Position numbers and translations under genes: made by a program
Part shown: in pieces, positions 26,020 to 36,900 of the stretch
Position numbering within the stretch: position 1 is the first letter of the stretch
Layout of the letters: every line of letters begins with the position of its first letter
The notes under the pieces: generated by a model
What the model saw: only the letters and a program-made list of their open reading frames with translations
The model's database searches: none
Told to the model about the DNA's origin: nothing
Origin: Trichodelitschia bisporula
Taxonomy: Eukaryota
Direction of reading: 5' to 3'
NCBI GenBank assembly: GCA_010356995.1
Contig: ML996702.1
Location: forward strand, 186,001 to 250,000
DNA: 64,000 nt

Positions 26020-27456
26020 TCAGCCACCCAACCCCAGCTCCTGCCTCATTACATCCCGGAAGCGTTCTGGAAAGAGACGTACGATGCACATCCCGTCACG
26101 ACCGACCACCATGCCAACGACTGCGGCATTGCGACCACGAATTGCGACCCCTCCGGAGAAGCCGTCCAAGATCGGCCCGAACACTCGCAGACTAGACGAA
26201 TCACAGGAAAGAACGCGTCCCAAAGTCGCCGTTCTGAAGAACGGCTTCGAGTGAACCTCGATCCCTATCCTACGAGAATCCCACCCGCCCGGCTCTTGGC
26301 CAGAACGCCTAAAATGTTGCTCCGGTGCAGCTCCATTATAGCCGACAATAGTCAGATATTCACCGACGATGAGGCAGGGCGCAAACTCGTGGCGTTCACT
26401 GATTCTTTCCAGCGGAATCCAGTGGGGCACGGGGCTATCTGCCTCAAACACTCCGATGCTCTCCACCTTGTCATATAGCACCAGCCGCACCTCTTTCGCC
26501 GCCGGATTGTCTGTCTTCCCGAATCTGTTGAAAATCTCAGTTGAAACTGACAGACATGCCACTCCGGGGTTCTGGTATGGGGCTAATTCGCTGGGTGTGG
26601 GGTATCCGAACACCCAGTTCGAGAAATTAAGGCTGGAAATGAAATGCATTGGTGATATCCAGAAGCCACTTTGTGCCGAGTCGTTTAGCTGGTTGTACAG
26701 ACGGCCTGCTGCTTGTACTAGCTGTCGATACTCTTGTGTTGAACAGATCTTGCTTCCATCATGACCATCCGTAAAGACATAACCCTCACTGTCTGTGCGA
26801 AACCAGGTGGCCCATTCCTGGTATTTACGGTTCCAGAGTATTGTTTCGTGCAAAAGTTTCTCCTCGGGCGTAGAGACATCGGGTTTAGACTCTAAGAGCC
26901 AGGTGTCAGCAAGGCCCTAAGGGATAAAACGCAGGGCAAGGAGGATACCTACCCTGCTCATCGTCTGGGTAGGGAATTTTTGGTACCCTAAGAACCTGGC
27001 CGGCTGAGTTGTCTTCTCCGGGAAAGGGTTCAAACAACCCGCGAACCCGTGGTTGCCCTACACCAGGCGTACGGGAGTGTGTACTCATATTCGCCCAACG
27101 TCCTTGCCTTTGCCCGCTGCTTGGTTTTTGTGATGAGAAGAGGGATTCGGGTTCGAGGTTGATCTGACGGCAAGGGAACCGACAATGCTCCCCAAAAGCG
27201 CTCCAGAATCTAGTCTAGGTACTGCTTCCATGCATCAATAGCTGATGAAAAGTGTGCTCACTGTATCAAGGAACCAGATATTGTGGATGCGGAGGTTCGA
27301 ATATAAGGCTAAGGAGAAGTTAAATAACCTCTCCCAGAGTCTAACGTAGTCACAGGAAGGGAGCGTTCTTACTTTGGGAGGAACATCCATACTCTTGGGA
27401 GGATTCATAACTGGGGAAGTGTCAGGGAGGTGATGGAAGGGGCCATGGAAAGACAT
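26020..27456 (-). CDS. Orphan protein (~419 aa) with C-terminal trypsin-like peptidase fold; possibly a pseudo-protease
   Basis: Model complement(join(26020..26891,26953..27209,27262..27308,27373..27456)); all three GT-AG introns keep frame. The best-supported intron is 26892..26952 (gtaggt/gctgac/tag). An alternative start at 27088 gives 335 aa. Motifs SGFWISP, GEYLTIVGY, ILDGFSGGVA, VVGMVVG. Confidence 0.6.
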
Positions 27457-27513
27457 AGACAACAGTGTGTGTACCTAGCTATGAATAGACCCAGATACCC
27501 TCGTGTCTCTTCC

Positions 27514-27523
27514 TTTTTTATAT
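27514..27523 (-). promoter_or_regulatory. Possible TATA box of the trypsin-like gene
   Basis: Minus strand reads gaTATAAAAAAgg about 60 nt upstream of the ATG at 27456. Confidence 0.35.
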
Positions 27524-28242
27524 CATTTATCTACGCTTTCACTCCGTGCTCGTTACCATCGCCCGTGACCGGCAGCCAAAATGGTTAGTCACTTCAAGAT
27601 CACCACCTCAAGGAAAAGTCGAAAAGTCCAAACTCCCCGAGACCCCAAAGTCCGCTCCCACCCCGGGCAGGAGCTCTCCTTCAGGGTGCAGGCCCTTGGA
27701 CCCATAATTGCCGCAACGGCGATGCAACCACAACAAGCGATGGAAAGACGACTAAACTTAGCTTACGGGCAGACCTAAGCGTCAGGGCTGTAGCTAACCA
27801 GTCCTTTGCCCTTTTCCGTGTTGTTGCAGAGTGATATCCCTTCCCGCGCCCATCAGAAGCACCGCCGTTTTCTCACCGACATGTCGTCAAAACACCGTAG
27901 ACGCTAGTTCTAGTCCATGGTTGCCCAACCCCTGAAAAGGGCACGTTTTGTACCTGAAGGAAGGACACGTTGCTAGCGAAAAGGTGTGCTGGTGCCTGAA
28001 ACTAACGGCCACACCAGCATAAGGAGCCCTCAACGTACGATGTGGTTGCCAACGTGAGGAGGCACGATGCTCACAGGACCCTAACCCACCGACCAGGGGA
28101 CCCTGGTCAAACCCTGGACAACGACATATCCAACTCCCCAACGACGACGCGGAGCGCTGGTTTGAAAACGCCGCCGCACACCAGTCGCATCATCCAGGCT
28201 CTCAGCCGTATTCACTACCCAACCCGCACATCACCGCAAGCA

Positions 28243-28320
28243 CATCTGCTTTTCCTATCAGGCCCGCGCATCCGCGCGAGCCATCTGTATTTTCTATCTA
28301 GCCCGCCCATTACCGCGGGC
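28243..28320. repeat. Diverged 39-bp tandem duplication
   Basis: catctgcttttcctatcaggcccgcgcatccgcgcgagc followed by catctgtatttctatctagcccgcccattaccgcgggc. Confidence 0.55.
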
Positions 28321-29001
28321 AAATATACAGACCACACAACCCTAGGCGTTCGCAAGAACAGGCCCGTAGGCCCCACCGTCCACCGAACCGAACCCCCAAA
28401 ACAAAAGAAGAGAACTCCCACGCAAGGAGCCCATATCTATGACCAGCGCCGAAAAAAATGCCACCTATGCCCGACAAAAGTCCGCTACCACCCATATGGC
28501 TGAGCAATGAGAACCGCCCCGAACTCACACTCCGCCCGGGTAACAGAAATGCGTCTATCGGTGAAGTAAAAACGCCCTCGTTATGCCCATGATACAATGC
28601 TGGTGCGCTCAGTTGCAGAAAGGATGCCCTGGTGCAAGATAATGGATGCGGTCCAGGGCACAAACATGTTCGCCCTCCTAATGGTACAAGACTGTGGTCT
28701 ATGGGTATTGTGCAGATGAGATGAGGACCGTTAGCGCTGCGTTGACTGCAGTCCAATCGTAGAATATGTACAAGTGTGGCTCGCAAGCCTAATTACAAGG
28801 GATGCTTGGTCGGATTGTTGATATCCTTGGAGGTAGGGAGGTGGACAAAGAACCCAGGATGCTGGAGTCTGGCGGTCGGTGGGGTCGTCCTCAAAGCCAG
28901 CGCTCAAAGCGCTGTGAACCCTTTTGGGCCGGCTAAGAGAGCACCTGGTTGATTCTGCATATCCGCGTTCCACTCGTGGGCGAACATGGCGATATGTTGC
29001 T

Positions 29002-29312
29002 GAAGCCATCCGTCAAGCCAGCATAAGTAGACTCTCAGGGGTGGCGACGATAGCAAGATGGTGACAAGTTGATGTCATGAAGTTGCGGAAGCTGATGGTC
29101 ATGAAGTTACGAAGGTCGTGTTGATGAAGTTGCGGAAGCCATCCGTCAAGCCCAGCGTGAGGCCATCAGGGGTGGCGACGATCGCAAATTGCTGGTGATG
29201 TTGCTCAAGGCACCCATCAAGCCCAGCGTGGGGCTATCAGGGGTGGCAACGATAGCAAAATAACGAGGATGTCATCCAAGCCACCTCCAGCCCAGCGTGG
29301 GCGGGCTATCAT
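29002..29312. repeat. Diverged tandem array (3-4 copies, ~70-130 bp) directly downstream of the cyclin stop codon
   Basis: tcaggggtggcRacgatMgcaa at 29035, 29166 and 29237; gaagccatccgtcaagcc at 29002 and 29135; gcccagcgtg at ~29150, 29221 and 29290; nested atgaagttRcg three times. Confidence 0.8.
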
Positions 29313-29327
29313 GGATGAGGAGAAGGG

Positions 29328-31510
29328 TTACTGGCCCTGAGAAGTGTTGGACCAGTTGTAACGTTGCGTGGGATGCGGCAAAACCCAGCGCTCCTGCGAA
29401 ATGTACGGGAGCTGGCCGCCGGCACGCCGCTCCGGCTGCCCAACCGTATGGTACTGCATCTGGTCCTGGCGCACCTGCATCGGCGCATTCTGCACCTGCC
29501 CAGAGGAAATCGGCGGGGCCAGCAATGTCTGAACCAGACGAATGGGACGGAAGGGCGAATTCCGATCGTGCAGATAGTGCGAAGGCGAAAGCCGGCGGTC
29601 TTGGCTCGGAGTGTGATTGCCCTCGTACATGCTTGTCGGCGAGGAGCCGTTCGAATGGATCGGGTACGGGCTGAGTTGACGTGAATTGTCTGTGGGCATC
29701 GGTTGCTGTGCTGGAATCTGGAGAGGAGGTACACTGGTGGGTGCGGCTCCAGACTGAGGATACAGATGCGGTGCCGGAAACACAGATGCCATGGCGCGCG
29801 GTCCAGGAAGATCTAGAGGAAGAGGAGGAAGAGGCAGCTGCAGCACCGCTGAAGATTGCCCTGGAATCGAAAGACTCAGTGGAGGCATGCGAGGAAGGGA
29901 CGGTGCGTGCACAGGTGGCAAATGCGGCTGATTCAGTTGATGTTCGGGAAGAGAATGCTGATAGATCGATGACGACGAGGGCTGGACGACGGAAGGCGGC
30001 ACAGGCAGCTGCTGCGCTGCCTGTGAAGTTGCAACATGTCCCGGGGGTTGTGGGCCGTTGCTGTAATATGTTAAGGGTATATGTCGCTTGGGTGGCGCTT
30101 CAAACCAATTCGCATCGTAGCTCCGCTTGCGCCCGTTGAACCTAGGGTCCAGTTCCGGGAGCGGCCCAATGGGTGACACCGAAGTCGAGGCAACACGGGG
30201 AAGAAGAAGTGGTGTAGACGAATTCGGGAGCCCATGTTGGACGTTATAGCCTGAGACGGAAGCGCGCCCCTCTTGGGTTGCCGACGGCGACGGTAGCGGC
30301 AGCCCATGAGCCGGGGCCGCTTCTAGGCTTTTGATTGCACGATCGATGTACGTCCCGAAAATGCCAAGTTTGACCTGCCAATCTTTCCACTGTTGCTCCG
30401 AGGTGTAGAGGCCGTAACGCATGTTGCCCAGGAATTCCATCTCCATGACATGAATTTCTTGTACCGAGATACCGGAGACATCTGCCCACGTCCTATTGGT
30501 ATAGGTATTGTCATCGAGAACTGCCGGGGTCAGTTAGGGTAAGTGTCAGTGTCTGAAGTGAACATACATTTGTTACCGAGCATCAAGGCTACGGTCAACA
30601 GCCGATACTCGCTACCGGCCTTCCCGCAGACATGCGCGTTCGCCTTCTTGAGGCGATAGATAAAGAGGAGGGCGAGGCAGATGACGTTCCGCGAGACTTG
30701 GGTGGTTGAGAGCAGTGTGGTTGCCCATTTTAAAAAACCGGGAGACGGGGGAAATTCGGCGCAATGAGTGCGGATTTGGCGGGGGTTCTCCTCGATTGCA
30801 GCGAGTGTACGACCATGCTCAAACCAGAAAAGACAAGTCACTTCTGCTGCCAACTGAGGCATGCTGGCCTGCGGAGCCCTGATTGATTTAGGAAGCCGTA
30901 ACGAGGGCGCGACAGAACTCCGCATTTTACCCTCCTCTGTATATCCCACCGAAGGACGTCCCGCAGTATTTTCAGCGGCTGTCTGAGGTTGAGTTTCGGC
31001 AAAGGTTGCAGGGGCAGATGTATTCATTATGTGCGCTGTCTGGGAAGGCTGAGTGGTAGAGGAGGGGGAGTTTGCGGAGTATCCGGGATAGTGGGTGCTA
31101 TCAGAGGCCTGGGGAGGTGCCAACGGGGGAGGTGGCAACGTCGGGGGCGCTGCATTCCATATCTGTTGCTGTGACTGGCGAACTGGCAATTCACCATGCC
31201 GTTGATGGTGATCCATAATCGTAGATGATGGTGGTGTTAGGAGGGTGACGATGTCCGAAGAAGAGTCGGAGAAGACGCTGGAGGCGGCGGGAGTTGCAGC
31301 CGTGGCATTCGAGTCGGAGTAGGAAGAGTAGGGGCTGTCCCTTGTGACTTGGAAGGTGAACGCCTTCGACGTGGGGAGAGAGTGAAAGTATTGAGCTGGG
31401 GGTGGAGGTAGGGTGCGTTGCGCCTTCCGCGTCTGCGACCACGACGGGGGGGATCTGTTGAGGAGCGAGGCGGAGAAAGGCATCGGGAGAGGTTGCTGGA
31501 ATTCAATCAT
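29328..31510 (-). CDS. Pho85-type cyclin (Clg1/Mug80-like) with long low-complexity termini
   Basis: complement(join(29328..30520,30568..31510)). Cyclin box LAAEVTCLFWFE..FLKWATTLLSTTQVSRNVICLALLFIYRLK..GSEYRLLTVALMLGNK|FLDDNTYTNRTWADVSG..HVMEMEFL. The start is uncertain (ATG 31510 or 31216). Confidence 0.88.
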
Positions 31511-33758
31511 TGAGTAGGAATATGTTTGGTGGAGTTGTAGGCGTTCTCGGTGTTGGTACTGTAGGTCTCGAAGAGTAAGGTCTTGATGCCAATACTCCAG
31601 CTCTCGCAGAGCCGCGCTGGTATTTATGGAGAGAAACTGGTGATGTTGTCCTTTCAATGAGCAAGAGCTAACGCCTGGGTCCTTGCGTGACGCAACTGCC
31701 TCGTACCCAAAAATCGGCAGTCGCGTAAGGTGACAGAAAGCTCCGATGCCGGTAGGACGCGTCGGAATCACTCATGAAGATCATATGTCGCGCGATGGCC
31801 AAATACGCGTCCTAAATATTTTTTGGTTATTCATTAAGGCCCAGCTAGTTCTACTAAGGACCCGTTACCCACAGTTAAAGCTTTCCAGACTTCGGAGTCG
31901 GCGACCACGAGTGACGTGTGAGAGGTGGGTGGTTCAGGGTAGACCACAAGCGCCGTGCGGAGTTCTGACTACATATTCCGATGGTAAACTAATGTTGCTA
32001 TGTCGTAGCGTGCCGCTGGAAGCAGTGGATGCGCAAAAGGGAGCGAGCGGTAACAGCGAGGCAGCCACGAGGAGGGCTAAGGCAGTTGGCACCAGAGTTT
32101 GTGGTGATGGCGGTGATGGCGATGATGGTGTGGTGGTCCGCGAGTATGGCAGGAGGTAGAGTGCCGTGGAATGGCAAGAGAGTGGTAACGACGTTGATGG
32201 TGCGGAAAAGGGTGTCTATGCGACGACAATGGGGAGGGAATGAGGGCGATGAGAGCTATATCAAAGAGAAGGAGAGGAGACGACGGGTCGGGATGTGACC
32301 GGATGCGGCAGCAAAGAGAATGGAGGACGTGGAGGTTAGGAAGTGAGGTGGGGGGGTTCGGCGTACTTTCCACATGGTAGAAGAAGCGAAGGGCAAGGTC
32401 GCTTTTGATAAAGCATGATCGTTCAAGGAGTTGTGACCATGTCCATCAGATAGGACAGGCACAAGTCTACTGCCGCCAGAGCGGAAGGTTCCAGGTCGGC
32501 AACGCATGGGCGCTCTGGGACAGGCATGAGGCAGGAGAAAGGCGAAGGCGAAGAAAGCCGCGAGAAAAGAGCCACCAGCTCCACCCGCCGCCGCGCCGCC
32601 GCTTGGATGGCGGGGGGTGTGGAAGGGGAGGGGTGAGTTTGTGGATAATAATGTTATGTGTTAGGTGAAGTTGGCTGGTGGTGTGCGGTGGGCACACGCC
32701 GAGCCGGCTACAAGCCACCCCTCCCTTCTTTCACACTGATGCTAACAACTAACGACGCACCCCCTCTTGGTCAGTTTCCTTCAAGCCCCGGGCCAATAAT
32801 AAAGTACCTTCGAATTCCGGTGGCCCCCGGCAACATCCCAAGAAGAGGCTGATCCTACCCCATCCTACAGGGCACGGAATGAGGAGACCAAGGTGAGAGG
32901 AGACGCCAGTCGGGTAAGCGTCAAGGCGGCCTGCGGTTGATGTCAGAGCCCATGGTAACAGCCAGAGCAATAGCAGCGGCAGCGGCAGCCAAAAAAGTCA
33001 AAGCTCAAGAGTCCTTTCTGTGGTGCCTGTAATGCAGGAGCACCATGGCTTCTTCCTATTACAACCCTTGTCGTTGCGAATTATATAGCCCATTTCGAGA
33101 CTGCGAGCCCGTCGGCCAGCTCTAACGGGTCCAAACCAAACCATGTGCCTGGCCCTAGGCATGCGAATGAGTTACTGGGGGGTTTGACGAGGCAGCATGC
33201 GGCGTGGACTGGCGCATTCGGTATTGGAGGGGAAGGGGAGGGATGTGAGGTGGTCAAATGTGAGTACATGAGGATCAGTCGTCCAAGGGGAGCACAAGAA
33301 ATGGGCCAGCCACAATTTTTTTTCTTTCGCCCGGATCCGTAGCCATCCATTCGAAAGTGACTTAGTGCTGGCTTTTCTAATGGGTGTGGGTTGCTCCGGG
33401 GGTTGAAGCTGCGCGCGCAGCAGATGCACGAGGCAGCGATGGAGACGGCCGGGATCCTTGTTACCTTGGCCTTTGAGTAACTTAACAAGGGCACAAGCCC
33501 CCCCGTGTATGATGACTAGGAATGTTTGAAGTACGTTGCTTGCTGAGTGAGCCCGGCTGTGCGTGGTGTAATGGATGAAGGAGGAGATGGCGGAGTCGTA
33601 GACTAGTACACCCGTTGGGACAGAAAATCGCAACGTAAATCAGCAGCTCATCAGAAGCTCAGGCTCGCGGAATGCTGCGGCAGTGAGAGTTGATGGCCAC
33701 AAAGCAAAGTGAGATGGACAGGTGCATTGTTGGAGAACTAAGTGCTGCTAAGTCTCTA

Positions 33759-33910
33759 CCAAATCAGAAAGTTGGGGCCGCTTGACTAGGGCCCCTTTGC
33801 AGGCCAAGACAGCTACGACTTTCCGTGGGCTTTTAGGTCCGGCGCGAAAGTTTATGACTACTCTCACTAGCAACAAGCCCCGGAACTGGCGCTTACGACT
33901 TTCTGATTGG
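33759..33910. repeat. Short inverted-repeat element, possible diverged relative of the 19.9-kb element
   Basis: Terminal inverted repeat ccaaatcagaaagt (33759-33772) / actttctgattgg (33898-33910); internal acgactttc (33815) and gaaagt (33846) in alternating orientation. Confidence 0.4.
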
Positions 33911-36900
33911 CTTGTGTCAACCTAGCAACGTTTAACCCGATGACCAAAGCATAAGTGGCAACAACTTCAGCCATGGTAAGTATCAGACAAGTAGCCCCGC
34001 GCGAGAAAAGCACCTCCCCAAACACCATCGCGCCTATGATAGCTCGAGGTTGGACAAACTTCAGCGATATATTGAATATATGGTACGGGGTATGTACAGT
34101 GCATCCTATGAATCAGGCGAAACCATAGCCGGCACAAAGTATTCTACCGAAATGCGCAAGGACACTCCTCCGCGTCATCTTCTTCCACACTTGGGGTCCT
34201 TGACGAAGCGCAAGCATGCAAAAGAATGTCATGTTATAGAAGCGATCATCCGGCGGTGTCTACTAGCCACTGATCACTATGCACTTACCTCAGACGGCAC
34301 ACACGCCGCCGCCGCTAAGTAACTAAAGCAAGGTAAGGCTTGACGACACATAAACGCATACGAGGGCACTAGACGCTATCCACGCAACACCTCATACTTT
34401 GTTATTGATAATAGTGATCCAAAGCGATACACGATGCTGACGGGATTCGCAGGCGGCGGTGTCCGGAGCAACGCGCACCAGAGGTCAGAGCGGAGACGAC
34501 ACGAGAGGAGCGGGGGCCTGGGCATGGATGGTGGAGGCTTGCAACATGCGCCGTCCACGGCGATGCCCAGCAATTTCTGCCCTCACCCCAACCCACGCAT
34601 ATCGGCCTCCGCGCTGAGCCATGCATCGTGACTGGATGCCGCACCGGCTATTACTCTACCGGAGAGCGGAAAGGAAAATGATTTTGTGCTATTAAAATGG
34701 GGCGCGCGTGCGCCGCGGTCGGTGCAGCCAACACGGAAACTGTGTTTTGGAGATGAGAGCTGGAGCGGGGGGGGAGGGGCGGGGTGGAATAGGGTGTGTT
34801 AGAGACACAGCGGAAGCAGATTTGGTCGCAGCGTTTCCCCGGTAGCACTGGTTGCTGCGCTGGGCGGAAGTGCCGCACACCACACACTGCACGGCGTGGT
34901 CTTTTTGCCTCTACCTGCGGGGCTAGGATTATGACCCTTCTCGGGGAGTCTTTGAGATGTCTGACGCTTTGCAGCATGTTAGGGATGATACGCGAGACGA
35001 GTGACGGGGAACGACGTCGATACGATGGCCAACGCGGGCGCCGCCCTCTCCACGCCAACAGGGCGGCGTTGACTCTAGCGCCGAGCTGCGGACTATCAGG
35101 CGAGCAACTTTTTCTTGCTCTCGGCCCGCAGAGAAAGGGCCAGGCAGCGGAAAACCCGGAGGGAGCGGAGCAAAGGGTGTCGCACCAGGCCGCTGTAGAC
35201 ACATCGATGGAACTATCCAGTCAGTACAAGCTGCGATGCAAAGTGGACTACAGGCCAGGGGGCGGGGTGTGAGATGATTTGATGGCGGGGGTGGGTTGTG
35301 GCGGTGGGCACGGTAAGTATCCCAACGTGACAGGCTTCACGGGGTTCGCGGTACGGACGGAAAGAGAAAACGCGCTTCGTTCACCACTTTCGCAAGCCGC
35401 GGCGCGACGCGGCCTTGCTCATCTGCGCTTCGACGGGCGCTGGCGGCGCTGCTGGTGGCATTCGGTAGGGGTGTCTGGTCAGGCAGTGGAATGAAACTCT
35501 CAGGCTGCTGGACTTCGGAGTGGTGGAGCGAAAAAAGGCCAAGGGGTGGCCGGCCCGGAGGGCTGTGGGAGAGAAAGTGAGTGGAAAAGAGACGTGGGCC
35601 CGTGCCACTCTCCTTGCAGGTGAGATGGGACGAAAAGCCTCCCAAGTCCGCCCCATGCTTGGGGAGGTTTGACCGAGTGAGATGGATCATGGAACGCCCG
35701 GATGGCCCTTTGAGGAGGGCGGGATGAGCGGGGATGAGCGGGGGGGAACAAGTCGGACCAGCCAGGTGAACAAGTGTACAGAACAGGCGAGAGGACAAGC
35801 AACCAAGCCAGCAGAGCAACCATCAGGCAACGGCATAGCAAAGACAACAATCAGCAAGGAAAGCCGAAATGCTAGCGCAACGTCAAGGATTCAAACCTCG
35901 AATAATCCAGCTGCCTTCCTCCTCTTTCTCTTACCCCCAAAACCCCACTTTCAGCCAGACGAGCCCTTGACGATCGAGCCCGGGTCGGGCTAGATGAAAG
36001 CATGAGGCGAAGACGACGGATTGGTATTGACTGGCGCTCACAGCTGAAGGTGTGAAGCATGCACGGAGGATTCTCGGCCACTGTGTACACATTTGCCCGT
36101 CACTACGGTGGCAATCGCAGCTGATGACCTCGTTTATCGTTGTCTTCCGGCTGTCTCGTGGGGTCCTGGTATCCTGGAGTTGATGGTGGGGAGTGCCGAG
36201 AGCGAAACCAATCTCGATGGGCCGACTGCAGCAATCCGCGACTTGTCACTGCTCGCGAACAATAACGCATCCCTTCCAAACATTTACTCGCTCGCCTTGT
36301 CGTTCCGCACGTAAATTCCACCCCTTGATGTTACGCCTATCTCCAGCGTGATGAGCGTGATGAGCGTCAATGGAAAAAGTGAAAGATGCCGGCGCTAAGG
36401 CAGGCCTCCCATCCAGCGACTCTCGAGTTGCAGCAATCAATGCCAGACGCAGCCTCCGAGGGCGCAAGAGGCGTGAAGGGATGCGCAAGTTGCAGGCCTG
36501 TACACCAAAACCTAGCAGCTTACTAGAGGTACAGACATAGGCGATGCAGAGATGCGTTTGTCCCTCGTCAAGATGCTTCAAGGTACTGGTAAGTTGGCAT
36601 GTAGTCTGGTGTCGTCTCTCATGCTCCCGTGTGTTGGGGCCTAACCGTCGACAAGCTGCCGTCGGTACCGGTAAGTGCTGGCGGAGCACATGGTGGCTCC
36701 ATATGCCATTTCGAGCGATGAAGCGATGCTGGGCTCACGGCCGCGATGTAATTGATTTTCACGTCGCTTTTGCCTCTTTCGGCCCGCATCCGCGCTTAAG
36801 CCTCGAGTGTGGAGAGTGAAGGTGTGGTCCTCTAATCCTCAACCCACACCCCCATGCTTTTTTTCCTTTCTCGCGCCCGACGGCAAGCAGCTGAGCAAAC

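Noticed and set aside
27140..27310. GGTTCGA strings suggesting tRNA T-arms
   Set aside because: No cloverleaf pairing or A-box around them; they fall within predicted exons of the orphan gene.
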